The notes: generated by a model not told the origin, from the sequence alone. A stretch of 64,000 bases of DNA from Tubiluchus corallicola (GCA_030141605.1 JAQGDQ010001000.1:7325-71324); one strand, 5' to 3'; shown: positions 28,611-42,398, counted from the first letter of the stretch. Numbers and translations: made by a program.

Positions 28611-29709
28611 GATGTAGGATTGTTAATTGTTTAAAGTGTAACATTATCTCCTTTTTCCAGAAAAGTTGGCGTGTAATTTTGCATAATAAGCCACCCGCCA
28701 TTCCTCTACTGCCGCCAGAGCAAAAAAGGGTATTCCTTTTTTTAGAAAATAATTAAGCCATGATCGCTAATCGAGCATGGATCTTTCACATGTCGGTTTC
28801 ACAAGCCTTAAGCATCGTTTTTTGTCATTTGATTAATACAAGAATTGAAATACGATGCTCTAACATAGGCATAGTTAGACCATTCAAAACTGTAACTTTG
28901 TTATTTGCTGATACCTAGCTAAGCTACCTCCCATTCATAACTACACCCACTCCCCCTCCCACCCCCAGCCCGATTCCCATTTACATTAATCACTTGGAAA
29001 TTTAAAGTTTCTAGTAATTAGAGAATGATGAAGCTTTTGTTTTCACACTCTGTGCATACAAATGCCGCTCAGTGTCCTTGTGAGTGACTTACAAACCACA
29101 GTGCTAAACACTAAACCACAGTGCTAAACAATGAATCAGACAACGCTGCTCTATATATCCATTCCGTCGACTAAGCAGATCAAAGAATAAATGCTTACGC
29201 GAAGTGTTTGTCTTTTGCTAATGTTGTATTATAAATAATCCCCCTCGGTTCGCACGATAATAAGGCTAGAACAGAAGACGGCCTTCGAAACTAGAGCCAC
29301 TCTAAGCTCTGATATAAACAGTTTCTTCTTGTAATTACACGAAGGTGTTAGCTTAAAGCTGGAGATAATCCATGATTGAGATGTCATTGTTTAGAAGCGA
29401 ATGTAAACAATCTACACATCCATGATTAAGATGTCATTGTTTAGAAGCGAGTGTAAACAATCTACACATTGTTGTCAACTGTTAAATTAATTTTGAGTTT
29501 TCAGCACAGGATGTTTAATTAGTACTCGAAGTGCGTCATTTTCCCATGTTTAATAATTTGTAAACAATAAACAAAAGCGTGCGAAATTAATTCAGGTAGG
29601 TTAATATATAGGTTACAGGGTTAATGTAATTCCGTCCTGTGAGAACTGGACGTTATAATATTGCAAACACGTGAATCTGAAAAGGAAACGCCAACTTTCG
29701 CATCGAAGG

Positions 29710-29968
29710 TGAGGAGAAATCACTGGAAAACATTCAGCAACTGGAAAATTACACTATCTAAAAGACCAAAACAACAGAATTTGAAAAAAAAATCCTCTTA
29801 CTGGGTCTCGAATTCAGGACCCTTGACTCAAGTGGCACTGAGGAGAAATCACTGGAAAACATTCAGCAACTGGAAAATTACACTATCTAAAAGACCAAAA
29901 CAACAGAATTTGAAAAAAAATTCCTCTTACTGGGTCTCGAATTCAGGACCCTTGACTCAAGTAGCACT
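29710..29968. repeat. 129-bp tandem duplication
   Basis: GAGGAGAAATCACTGG...GACTCAAGT occurs twice, nearly identical. Confidence 0.95.
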
Positions 29969-30581
29969 ACAACATTCCAAATTATTGTATCTGCGGAATC
30001 GTATCGCTTGAGGCTTTTCTACACAAAACTTCATAGACAGACAGTAACCGAAAACTATAGAATCAATGAGGGACCTTATGCAACGTACTGAAGTTATTAT
30101 GAAATTATAAAAAGAAAACAACTTTTGTTAGAACTGTAAATTTTAAAGCGTTAAAAACGTGTTTCCAAGCATCTTAAATGCAGTCTGCAGTCATCATCAG
30201 TGATATATTACACAAACAAACAATCAGTTTTATAGGCAGAGCCTACGGTGCAGAAATCTTTCACTAATTCGTATTTACAAGGAAGCCAGAAAGTATAAAG
30301 TATTTCTTTCTTCTCAACCCGTATGTCTATTAATTCATTACATTTCCTTGTAAATACACAATACATAAACGAAAATGTAAAATTAAAGGTTAAGAACTCC
30401 TTTAAAGATTATGTTTTAAGATACCTATTCTAGCTCCTTACAACACTGTACAAGGGAACTACAATGCGTGGTTATTATAAAGTTGAATGTCTGTAGATAC
30501 GTTACTTTACTAACATCGCATTACCTGTTTTACTAACATCTTTATCTTTGTAAACTGTATGTTTTTGTGCGAAATAAACTC

Positions 30582-30746
<165 letters not shown>

Positions 30747-30904
30747 ATTAGTGAATAATTTCTTTACTGTAGGCTGCTTATAAAACTGGTTGTTCGCTTG
30801 TGTGTATCGGCCATCCAAAATTGTGGGAGACATCAGACTAATAGACTTACCAAGCAGAACAGTAGCGGCAGAGTTTAGCTCAATTGTCTTTTAAGAGATT
30901 GGCA

Positions 30905-31325
30905 ATCTAGCAAGTGTCTTTAATTTTCTGTACATGTTTGTATTGAAGGGTACAATGCTGGTTTTCAACGCACGTTTTGTGGATCAGTGTAGAATCGAAC
31001 CTAGGCCTCTCAGCCGTCCGAGACTGCGGGATTGATCCGACCAATGGATTTACCAAGTAGAACCAATGGCGGCGGAATTTAGCTCTATTGCACACAAGTC
31101 ACTTTTAAGAGTAAAAAAATCAACAGTTCATGCTGAATTCACTGCAGAATCTGCTTAAAACACAAGAAAACACTCTTTATAAACAAAACGTGAAAACTGT
31201 CTTGAAAATTTGTGCCACTTACACGCTGTCGTATTGCATACAGGGCTTGCGTTAGCAGTAACTGCTCTATAAAACTCGTAAATTTAAACTCCCGCAATGA
31301 TCGTTAGGCGGAGCCATTTTAACGT
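30905..31325 (-). repeat. Left arm of a roughly 420-bp inverted duplication (SINE head plus family A end)
   Basis: Reverse complement of about 32660-33050. Confidence 0.9.
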
Positions 31326-32331
31326 AAGTCCATTTTAACGTTAAAATGAATCTTATGACAAAGTTTTAACGAAAGTTGTTTTCTTCTTATAAAGCCGTAA
31401 GTGCTTGTATAAATTGACTTTCATGAAATAATTTTTTCCAAGACATTTATTTAAACTCATCCTTGATAAGCTACCATAAATTTTGATCCAAAAGAGTCAA
31501 ATTTTAATATCTGTACCATTAAATGTAACTGTAAGACACCAGCAAAGAACCCAGACGCCCGGGGGATAAAAATCCACCGTCCTTATAGGGGTATCAAGTT
31601 CGACTTTGCATCTGATAAGACGTTGATTTCGCCTCAGATAACGTGCGTCCCGTTCTGATAACATCGCAGAAATTGTCACTAATTCACCATAATCGGCTAC
31701 ATTTTCAAAGCAAGCGAAGACCTAATCCTGCTACTGACCAGAGGCTAAATGATTTGCATGGCGACACTGGTGTTAGGTTATCTGACCATGACAGATTGGA
31801 ATCGGCTTGGACAACTCGCGCATGAAATCCTTGTTTGGTTGGAGAGATTCGACCGTGCACAGTTGCAACTGTGATTTTTGGAACACTTAACGGTTAACAG
31901 AGAAGAGTTTAGCTTCCCGAAAAATTTGTAATTGTAATTTGTAATTTATTATCACTTCAGCATATATTTTTGCATTACAATTTGCATCATTATCTTTAAC
32001 TATTATGCCCTATAACTAGAAAATGAAATATAGTTACAATAATTGTAGCAGAACTACATTAGTATACTATACCATGATATAATTAGGGAAAAAAATCCAA
32101 ATATAATTACAAAAATTTAACAGAAGTGTACTAACATAGTTACTAAACTACATAGATGCATGGCGGTCAAGAAGCAAAGCTTGTAAGACCACCATGAAAA
32201 GTGAAAAAACGACTTTTTACAAGAGAGAGAATTATAGGAAAACAGGGAGTAGTTAAGATAAAATAATAGACAGAGATAGAGAAAAAGAGAAAAGAAATGA
32301 ATTAGAAAGAAGTTCAGCAGTACGATAATAA

Positions 32332-32803
32332 TTAAAGGGCAAGGAAAGGCAGTTTTAAAGTCCGTCTCAAAAAAATTTCCATACAAAATTATACTACTTA
32401 ATGTTACTCTTACTTGTTTGAAAAACGTATGTAATTGGAAAAGACGTCGTAATAATTTAAAATATTCGGCGTCACTTAGAGAAACGGCACTGTACTGCCA
32501 TCCCAGTGTGCACCACTGATTCACAAAAAACACATTATTAATCTTATTGATAATATAAAGTAGTTTGAGCATTTGCTTTAGTGAAGAGTGTGCTACGGAT
32601 GCTGTGATATTTTTCGAAACTTTACGCAACGTTATCTAAACTTATTTCTAACGACTTACGCTAAAATGGTTGTGTTTACAATTTTTATAGAGCAGTTTCT
32701 GCTAATGCAAGTCCTGTATGCAATAAGACAGCATGTAAGTAACACAAATTTTCAAGATAATTTTTAAGCTTCATTTATCAACGAGTGTTTTCTTGTGTTT
32801 TAA
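32332..32803 (-). mobile_element. Kolobok-type MITE, family A
   Basis: TTAA-AGGG...TTTTCTTGTGTT-TTAA ends and the family A core motifs. Confidence 0.75.
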
Positions 32804-32883
32804 GCAGATTCTGCAGTGAATTCAGCATGGAATGTTGATTTTTTACTCTTAAAAGTGACTTGTACGCAACAGAACTAAATTCC

Positions 32884-32972
32884 GCCGCCATTGGCCTGGT
32901 TGGTAAATCCATTAGTCGGATCAATCCCGCAGTTTCGGACGTCTGAGAGGCCTAGGTTCGATTCTGCACTGA
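32884..32972 (+). mobile_element. tRNA-derived SINE-like head with extended A-B box spacing
   Basis: A box TGGCCTGGTTGGTA at 32892 and B box GGTTCGATTC at 32955. Confidence 0.55.
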
Positions 32973-34454
32973 ACGACAAAACGTGCGTTGAAAACCAGCA
33001 TTGTACACTTGAATACAAACATGTACAGAAAATTAAAGACACTTGCCAGAATTTCAATCCGGGGTACCTCATGCTGGTCGTCATGGCGGAACAGGTGCTG
33101 AGATAGAAGAGGAATCTTCTGTTAGATTAAAAGTTGGCACTAGGTTGTTTACAATAACCATGAGTTGGTAATGATAGGAAAGCCTACAGGCAGTGAAGGA
33201 TCTAATCTTGCCAACACCACCAAAGTCTAAGTGGTTGGCTAAGAGCAGCTCATTAGTAACCCGAATACAATCAAACTAATCCTATCCCCTGTTCATTAAA
33301 ACAATAGCCTAGCAGCAGAGAGTCCCAAACGTGCAGTTAAGCGACTTCTGAAGACACGGTTCTTTTCTTCTTGACTGGGGTTGAGATTCGAATGTTGGAC
33401 TTCGAGATGAACGGTAGAAGATTCCAAAATAGTTTGCAAACAGAACAATTGAAGAAAAACACTAAAATTGGTCAAGACTGCTTGAGGATCCCAACCGATA
33501 AATTTTGCTTACAAATTATATTAATTTCCATGCAAAATATGATAGTAGTATTGTGCTCCTGTGAGCAGTATCCAAGCGTCCATGCCGCAATAGATTGCTA
33601 TTTCCTAGTACATAAACAGTTCAATACCCCTATCCCATGCCTGGGCCTGTAAACAGCATCTATCTCTCAAGATTAAGCAACCGTGTCTCTCATTCAAGTA
33701 CTTTCCAGACTTAATACTGCTCAACTATGTGCGGAAAAATGTAGGTTTTCGAGCGATGCGAAAATTTTAAACTATAATAACTGTTTCGTTCATCAATAAG
33801 ATTTAAATATTTCGAAATTGGTGATTTCATCCACATATTCAAGGTGCTTACGACATATAGCTTTCATTTAGTTCACTAATCATTTACTAGATGGCGACAC
33901 ATGCATCATCATGTGACATCTAATTAATAAGAAAGAGGAAGCTAATAAAAAGCTCTGCCTCTAAACAGGTTTTTATGGGATGACTACTCTTAAGTCTGTT
34001 GACTCATAATGCAAATGAGTTAATCCCAGTGCTGGCAGAGAGGGCAATCCCCCTAGAACAATACCTGCCGAAATGATTTCTCAACAAGTTTGTACCTTTT
34101 GCAAGGTTGCCGCACGGTGCTGTAAGCTGGTCCCAAGTGGGGGCGGCCATTATGAAACCCGCTAATGTCTATTACGCGTGATAGACGGCCGATTACACAA
34201 TGAACAGACGATGTAGCCGAGTAATGATGGCTCAGAGGCAAGCGTCCTATAATTATCACTTTATTCGGTAGGCTACGAATAATTGCATTACGCACAGCGC
34301 ATTCTTTGCAGGTCATAAACTGAGGTAGCTTTAGGTAAGGTTAAACTAGTTTGGACACAAATTCAGCGTAACATTAAGGCGAAGTTCGCAATTAAGAATG
34401 ATTGCTTCATGTTTGCAATTTATCCTTTGAAAGACTATTAAAATTAAAACACAG

Positions 34455-34540
<86 letters not shown>

Positions 34541-35992
34541 CATCATTATTATTATTATGTCTTTTTATTAAACAATAAATACATTGTTACCACTGTGTGT
34601 CATGGATGACAGCAAGGAACAAAATTCTCGAACAGATTATTGCCTGCCATTCTGCCATCCTGATGGCAGTAGATCTCAAAAATGGTCATTGGTCAGCCTT
34701 TTTGGTTGACTCAAATGGTCGGCCTTTATATTGACTTTCACCAAACTACTCATTTTACAACACAGAGAAAATTTAAATACAACATTCAACATTGTGAAGA
34801 CTCAGAAAAAAGATAAAGCTTTCAAAATAACAATAATATCAATAACATGTAACAAAAACTAGAGAAATTACAGCTAGATGATAGTTTCTTAGTTTTAATA
34901 TGTGCCTTTAGCAATAAGATTACGATGAAGTGTTTGTGGTGGGTTAAGTAACATAAAAATTGAAACTCGTTTTTTAAAATGCCCCTTACTTGTACGTCAT
35001 TAACAAACATTTGCTAAAAGAATTCAGTACGTATTAACCCAGAAAGAAATTAAAGATAATAAGTTGAAATCAAAGATAATAAAGTTAGAGAAAAAGTTGA
35101 GAAAAGATAATGTTTATTCACGATTTGTCCTCTTTTTCTTCAAATTTTGATTTATTAATGCGTTCCAAAACAGATGAAAACTCGACTACGGTATGTGGCT
35201 CTTTTTATGGAGATCCAAATATCTGTTTTTGTCAAGATCAAGAGATTCCAGACACATCTTTTAAACCAGAAGCAATATCCGTAATACGCTGTCGTAAAGA
35301 TGGACGAAAATCGTAATAAAATTAACTTTACGCGGTAAAAGAAGAATTAGCGAGAGCAATAAAAGCACCATTCCGTCGAAGTTTACGATGGACAGTTTTC
35401 AAGAGCACATCTGGTGGTAGCCATTCAAAGCTGCAGCGACGCTGAATGACATTAAAAGGAACCAGCAGGGAGCGTCTCGAGCAGACAGACTTCACTAACA
35501 GGTGCAGAGCACGGTGATCTAACTGTTTTGGCTACCGGACAGGTAAATTAATACCTTTCTGGAGGAGTTAATGACTACGCTTCAACCCTTCGTCGTTTCA
35601 TTCCAACACCAATTCCTCCCACTTCAAATACTTCAAACCTTTTGACGGGCGTACCACCCACAAGCAGTCCAGAAACTAGGTTAATTTGGCGTACGTGTAA
35701 TAGTGATTGGTTGAGCCAATAAGTTGGATAGTTCGATTATTATTGACCTGTCTGACGCAATTAACATAAATTACTTACTGTTGTTGCGGTAACAAGCATT
35801 GACCTACAGGGTGGCTTATTAATTTGTAATCATTAGTAGCATTTTACTAATTTGTCTGAAGTGATAATCACTTAAAGGAAAGGGCAAGCCTTTTGGGAAG
35901 TTAGGTTTATTTCAATGTTCGCGAAAAGTGTTAAAATTATTTAGTAATAAAAGTGCGATAAGCGCCTCGTTTAATTAGTGGAATCACTTTAA

Positions 35993-36615
35993 AGTCCTGA
36001 TCGTTTCGCGTTTGGGCGCTCCCATTTCGATCTCTCATTCTTCCACCAATGACGTCATTCATCTTGAAGAAAAGTAGCGCTCAGTCCTGATTGTTTCACG
36101 TTTGGGCATTCCCATTTTGATCTCTCATTCTTCAACCAATGACGTCATTCGTCTTGAAGAAAAGTGCCACTCAGTACTGATTGTTTCACGTTTGGGCGCT
36201 CCCATTTTGATCTCTCATTCTTCCACCGATGACGTCATTCGTCTTGAAGAAAAGTTGCGCCCAGTCTTGATTGTTTCACGTTGGGGCGCTCCCATTTTGA
36301 TCTCTCATTCTTCCACCAATGTCGTCATTCGTCTTGAAGAAAAGTAGCACTCAGTCCTGATTGTTTCATGTTTGGGCGCTCCCATTTTGATCTCTCAATC
36401 TTCCACCAATGACGTCATTCGGCTTGAAGAAAAGTAGCGCTTAGTCCTGATTGTTTCACGTTTGAGCGCTCCCATTTTAATCTCTCATTCCTCCACCAAT
36501 GTCGTCATTCGCCTTGAAGAAAAGTAGCGCTCAGGGTTTCACGTTTCGGCGCTCCCATTTTGATCTCTCATTCATCCACCAATGACGTCGCTCGTCGACT
36601 AAGGAAAAGTAGCGC
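35993..36615. repeat. 90-bp tandem array, about 7 copies
   Basis: A TTCCACCAAT-type word recurs at 36041, 36131, 36221, 36311, 36401, 36491 and about 36573. Confidence 0.97.
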
Positions 36616-36634
36616 AATTTGCTTTAAAAGCATA

Positions 36635-37152
36635 ATACGCTTAGTCAAACGTATAAGATGTTGTCTGGAGATTCTACATCTAAAGTCTTTAGAGGAGAAA
36701 CGCGTTGAAAAAGATTTAGCTTTATGCTACCAAATTATTCATAGAGAAGTTGATGTTGACTTTGACAAATTTTTTACCCGAGTAGAACAAGGCAAAATCA
36801 TTCTCTGAAGCTTTTCGTGCATCGAACAGCTAAAGTATCATTTGATCAATTTTTCTCAAATCAAGTTGTACCGATTTGGAACTCATTGCCTGTATATGTT
36901 GATGGTGCACCCCTCGTAACTGCACAAAATATTAAGTTATTCAAAAGCCGCTTATATAAAGTTAACTTGCATAATTCCTTGTTCACAATAGAGACACATG
37001 TAAGCAGTTAATCTCTTTGTGTCTTTACCGCACTCTTGTAAATATTTTATTTGTATGTTTTTGCCAACTTGTTTTATAATATATTGTTTTTATTGTAGAC
37101 TGTATTTTACTGTTGGGTGTGAATATAATAAATAAATAAATACAAATAAAAT
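36635..37152 (+). mobile_element. CR1 LINE 3' fragment
   Basis: LEILHLKSLEEKRVEKDLALCYQIIH...FFSNQVVPIWNSLP...FKSRL with an (AATA)n tail. Family C sequence resumes afterwards. Confidence 0.85.
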
Positions 37153-37425
37153 AATCAGATAGCTAATTTTGTGGTATTTCTGTGGTGAACGTTAAGCAAG
37201 CTGATAGAAATTTGATAATTCCTATAGGACAGCTTTTCTTTATTGTATTTTTCTAGGTTTAAGTGATCACAGTAAAGTAAACCCAACATGTTAAGTGACT
37301 TGTACTTTCCTTTAAACTAACCGACAAAGTCAACATCTAGCTTTTAGATGAAACAACCTCTGATTATTAATCTTCAAGCTGCTAATTACACTAGAAAATT
37401 TTAATTAGCACTAGAACATCAACGT

Positions 37426-37984
37426 TTAAAGGAAAACCGGACGATTGTGTAAACTCTAGTTCAGAATAAAGTATGCTCTAAAAAATTAAAAACTACAAAA
37501 GCTTATTTTAAATCAAAGCTTAGATTAACTAATAAATACCCCGGATACTCAAATTTCGTTAAACTTTCAAAGCTACGCGCGGCTCGGTGAATCTACTAAG
37601 ATTGGCAGCGGCGAATTTTTGTCACATTCGCGTGGCCGACAAAAAGCAGGCGGTACCGTGATAAGCATGATCATGAACTGCTGTGTTAGTTTCTGACGTC
37701 ATGTGATATAGAGCCCATTTTTCGTGACATCATGCGTTTAAGCAATACTGTAACACCTATGCAAATATGCTTGACGCGCAAGGGAAGACGCCTGCCATTG
37801 CACAAATTGTGGTTAGTTTCTGACGTAAGCAATAGGGCTGTGTTCGGTTGCCTTTAATTAACTTTCTAAGCTAATTATTCAAATATAAGGAACAAACTCT
37901 TAACTTTTATGGCAAGGAAATGTATATTTTGGACAGTAAATTAAAATGAGATTGAGTCTAAACAAGCGTCCGGTCTTCCTTTAA
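37426..37984 (+). mobile_element. Kolobok-type MITE family B, full length
   Basis: TTAA-AGGAAAACCGGACGATTGT...ACAAGCGTCCGGTCTTCCT-TTAA, giving an imperfect TIR plus a TTAA TSD. Confidence 0.88.
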
Positions 37985-38408
37985 GAAATAAATGCTGTTC
38001 TTAGGCGAAACCGATCTTCAAAATAGCCCCTCTTAAGATGTTCACCAGCCGGGACACTTGGGTCAATATTATGACAATGCGAGACCCTTGAAACTCAGAG
38101 TACACATAATGGCCAACCGACAACTGACACACATCTCCGTCAGTGGTCACTGGAAAAATATCCACTGGTCAAGGGTAAATATTTTCACAAAATTAAACTA
38201 TGCAGCGATACAAGTATAGCCAATTGTTACTCTTTCACTGCTTTGAAATATCTGGTGTCCAGCGGTGAGAGACTGGACAATGAATCTTGAATTAAATGGG
38301 ACAATTCTACGAGAATAAATGCTTGAAATGAATTCATGGTATTGTGCAGGCACAGTCGAAGCTTGTAAGTACAGTTAACGGTTCAACACTGTAGATGCAG
38401 CAACAATA

Positions 38409-38633
38409 CCGGGTGATGCAGAAAAAAGTGCCGACGTTTAGACTACAATACCATAAGAAGCAAATGCTTTACAAAGTTAAATTTTCACGGATTCATACTA
38501 AAATTCATTGACTTTCAGCTGTGAAAGATACAAGTTTAATGTATGAGTGGTTTTTAAGTTGTGGGCGAAAGGCTTTTATGAAAGTCTGTGTGAAATATGA
38601 AACAAATCTTCGTCACATTTTTTGCACCACCTG
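38409..38633. mobile_element. Putative Tc1/mariner-type MITE
   Basis: TA-CCGGGTGATGCAGAAAAAAGTG...CACATTTTTTGCACCACCTG imperfect TIRs. Confidence 0.45.
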
Positions 38634-38934
38634 AAGTTTTCAGACGGTCACAAATTTCAGATTTTAGACAAAATTTCTAAATAACTGATATTACAGTGGT
38701 AACATGTTCAATTGTGACGTATACGTGTAGTCATTACACCTCGCAATGTGCAGAATTGAACTTTAATTAGGCACAGGTATACATACCAAATCACTTATCA
38801 GTACCAAAAATTGATGCGTTTTTATACCAGAAATGTAAGGTATTCTTAGACATATGTAGTTAGTTTTAAGCATATTCTAGACCTCGCTAACACACATAAT
38901 ATTTATTCTGCTAGATTGAAAAAACACCTATATG

Positions 38935-39536
38935 CAGGCCAGGATTATCACATAGGCTAGTTTAGGCTGTAGTTTAGGATCCCTCAAGTTTTGAGAACAT
39001 TTGGAAAAATCTGTTCACTACAGCTGTGTTGAAAAACGTGTTAATTTGGTTTGCAATAATCAGTAAAATCGTGCTATTTCTTAAAAGATATTTTTATTGA
39101 TAAACAAAAGATAGTTTGAAGTAAACTTCTTACAAATTTTTTAAGCAAACTAACTATCTTTTGTTTTTGGTGGTTTGCAATGAGTTTAGACTTCTGATTG
39201 CTGTACATATCGGCTGGGCCGGATTATGGCCTTTTGTCACCCCTGGGCTAATAAAATTACCCCCCTCAGATGAAGCCACCCTCTAATTCCCCTTCGCCTT
39301 GAATATTTTTACTTTTGACATATTTCAACGTCGTTTACATAGTTTGAAGTAAACTTTTTTGAAGCAAACTAACTACGTAAATGACGTTGAAATATGTCAA
39401 AAGTAAAAATATTCAAGGCGAAGGGGAATTAGAGGGCGGCTTCATCTGAGGGGGTAATTTCTTTAACCCAGGGGTGACAAAAGGCCCAGCCGATATGTAC
39501 AGCAATCAGAAATCTAAACTCATTGCAAACCACCAA
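38935..39536 (+). mobile_element. hAT-like MITE disrupted by an inverted duplication
   Basis: Starts CAGGCCAGGATTAT. The 3' TIR ATAATCCGGCCCAG is retained in the inverted arm. Homologous to 20388-21045. Confidence 0.7.
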
Positions 39537-40124
39537 TAATCTGTACCGCAAATTCGACTTAATCTTGTGCAAATTCAGTGGCAGAAACGGCAAACGTCCT
39601 TTGGAGATAAGGTTTCCGCTGGTCAGGCGATTGCCCTTATCTTAGCAACAGGATTACTGACCCCTGGACAGTAAGTGATGACCAGTAGAGAAGAGATGGG
39701 CACCAGCTTGTTGGTAACGTGTACATAGGTGCACGCCTCGGCCGATTTCAGACGGTAAAAACGTATCAGTTACAGCGATTTACATCAGATACAGATGAGA
39801 TTTTCGTGAAAAGCAAAACACTTCTCAATATGAGAGTTCAAATCTACACCGTAGCTGATGCCATTTCGAAGTTTGACCTATTATGGAAATGATAAAAGTT
39901 TACACTGTATTTATATGAAACCATCTATCCCCTTGTGCAAAATGGCTCCGTCCAATTATCCAGCTAGTAACACGTTTTCAAATATTAGTAATCATTGCGC
40001 ATTATTTAAAAAGTTTGGGAGCTGAATATCCCAACTGGGAGAAGAACCTCAACAGTCACATTTGTTCCAGACATGCAATGCGAATTCATTTCGGAACGAA
40101 GTGAGGGAATCCTAAAGCTTAGTC

Positions 40125-40270
40125 TCGTTGCTGTCGTTATCGTTGTCGTTGTTGTCGCTGTTGTTGTTGTTGTTGTTGTTGTTGTTGCTGTTGTAGTTGT
40201 TGTTGTTGTTGCTGCTGCTGCTACTGTTGCTGTTGTCGTTGTATTGTCGCCGTCGTTGCTGTTGTTATGT
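40125..40270. repeat. (GTT/GCT/GTC)n microsatellite
   Basis: Directly visible. Confidence 0.9.
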
Positions 40271-40942
40271 CGCATTTGTCTTTGAAAGCAGCCACAATTT
40301 TCATCGTAGACTGAAGATTTTCATAAAGATACTACGGGCCATTCCGCGGACTTTAACGAAACTCCATTTCTCACTTTCCAAACGCGGTCCTCAAATTTGC
40401 CCGTTAAACGAATCTCGGTCGTCAGATGGATGCGCCCTACGCATTTGTACATTGCTGGGGGGTTTCTTTCATTCTAATGCACAAATCGATCTACCCTCAG
40501 CCAAGCGTGTTCTCAATTTTTACGAAAAAAATGGATTCATGACAACCATAAACGATTCCTATGATTTTCTTGTAGAAAGTCGGAAACCATTAACATTGCA
40601 CGAAATTGGCAAGCAGAACATGGCAGATCTAAGCACATTAGTGTTTTCAAGCAATTGTCCACCAATGATTCCACCAATTGTCCTTTCTCATTGATGTAGT
40701 GTTTGAACTACAAATAACGTGCATAACTGAACAAATGGGCGTGCCAAACAAGAACAAGAACAACAGTAGAATTAATGTCCTAAGAAAGTGTCCCAGAATT
40801 TGAAGTGCTCAACGACAAATTGCATAAACTATCGGCAAAATAGAAATTATTTGATATTTCGACAAAATAAAGAAATTTCTGAAACATTTTCAGAGAAACT
40901 GAAAAGTCGGTAACTGCGGGAAGTCTACCAAGTGTTAGAAAA

Positions 40943-41396
40943 TTAAAGGAAAAGAAAACCTTTTACTTACATAAAGCTAAAAAATCGTCTTGTATCATTT
41001 ACATATTGCTTTATTGCGCAGAGAGCTTGCATTAGCAGTAACGGTATATAAAGCGTGTGAATTTTTTTTTATTCCCGCAATGACTGTTAGGTGCAGCCAT
41101 TTTAATGGTAAGTCGTTTGAAACAAGTTTAGAAAACATTGCGTTAATACTAAGCAAAAATACCTAAATAACTGTATGTGACCAATAAGCTTAAAATGCCT
41201 TTCTTGGTGAATCAGTGGTGCACAGTGGGAAGGCTAAGTCAATGACATTTTACCAGTTGGCACGAACATTTTAAATTATCAAGAATTTTTTTCCAATTAC
41301 ATGTCTTTTAAACAGGTAAGCGTAATGCTAAGTAATATAATTTTATATGAAAAGTTATTAAGTGATACTCCAAAATTCCCTTTTCTTGTTCTTTAA
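40943..41396 (+). mobile_element. Kolobok-type MITE, family A
   Basis: TTAA-AGGAAAAGAAAA...TTTTCTTGTTCT-TTAA. Confidence 0.8.
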
Positions 41397-41899
41397 CCGT
41401 GTGAATGGAAATTATGCTAGCATTTCACCTTATGCATTCAGACCTCTATTTCCTTATGTCTGACAAATGAACAGACTGCAAAGAGGTGCCTCATCACATC
41501 ACAAAACAAGCTTCCCTTTCTCAGAAAACCTACCAGATGAAAAGAGGCGCGAATGTTGTTGTGCCACCAATAATAAACAGATGAACCGTTATAAACAGAT
41601 GTTCGACTCCTCCAGGACAACCGGGAGGAGGAGGCGGGAAAGAAGCGCCTGCGTACAAAGAAACGGGAGGGAAAACTTGGAAAAACACCGGATTCACTTA
41701 CGAAAAAAAATGTTTGAAGTTTGATGTTCATGCAAGAGAGGCGAAGAAGGACCTTTTCAAGCAGCGCTGTGAGTGTTATCTAATAAACTGGGATTGAATT
41801 AAATGAATCAAATATTTTCCAGTGTGAACAGTGCCTAATAAGATGCATTTTCTTCGGTTTTACACAGTACTTGCACTTTTTAAGCCCGTACTCACACGA

Positions 41900-42398
41900 A
41901 AACGACATTACTAAAATAAGCACCATATTAACTGTAGGAAATAGCATTTTCTATTGGACATTTTTTCAGTTATAATAGCAGTATGTATTCATATCAAACT
42001 CGACAATACCACAAATTCCATATTCCTAAGTGCAGAACAAACGTTATGAAACATTCTGTCATGTATGATAGTGCTGTAATGTGGAAAATTTACCCAGTAA
42101 AATAAAACAAGCCAGTAATATAAATAAATTTAAGAAACTTTAAAAAAAATATTTACTAAGAAAATATGTTAATTCGTAAATGATGTAAGTTTTTACCATA
42201 ATTATACAATTTTATCATACTAATCAAGTTATGGTGAGTGACTAGACAACCTACGGTCTTTCCTCGCCCCGTCTCCAGGGATAAAGTAAAGTCTTTTTTT
42301 CGTAAAATGGAAATTTGTGACACATTTGGAGAAAATAAATGTCTATGTCTATGTCCATGTCCATGTCCATGTCTTTGTCTTTGTCTATGTCTATGTCT
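41900..42398 (+). mobile_element. L2/Crack-type LINE 3' end with a hexamer tail
   Basis: SYQTRQYHKFHIPKCRTNVMKHSVMYDSAVMWKNLPSKIKQASNINKFKK, a 3' stem-loop-like GGTGAG...CTCGCCCC, AATAAA, and a (TGTCTA/TGTCCA)n tail. Confidence 0.8.

Larger units (their letters stand above)
35872..37315 (+). mobile_element. Kolobok-type MITE family C containing a 90-bp array and a CR1 insertion
   Basis: TTAA-AGGAAAG...CTTTCCT-TTAA ends, with an internal tandem array and a LINE fragment. Confidence 0.8.

Noticed and set aside
35993-36615. 90-bp array as CRISPR or a repeat protein
   Set aside because: The whole unit is repeated, derives from a MITE interior and contains stops.
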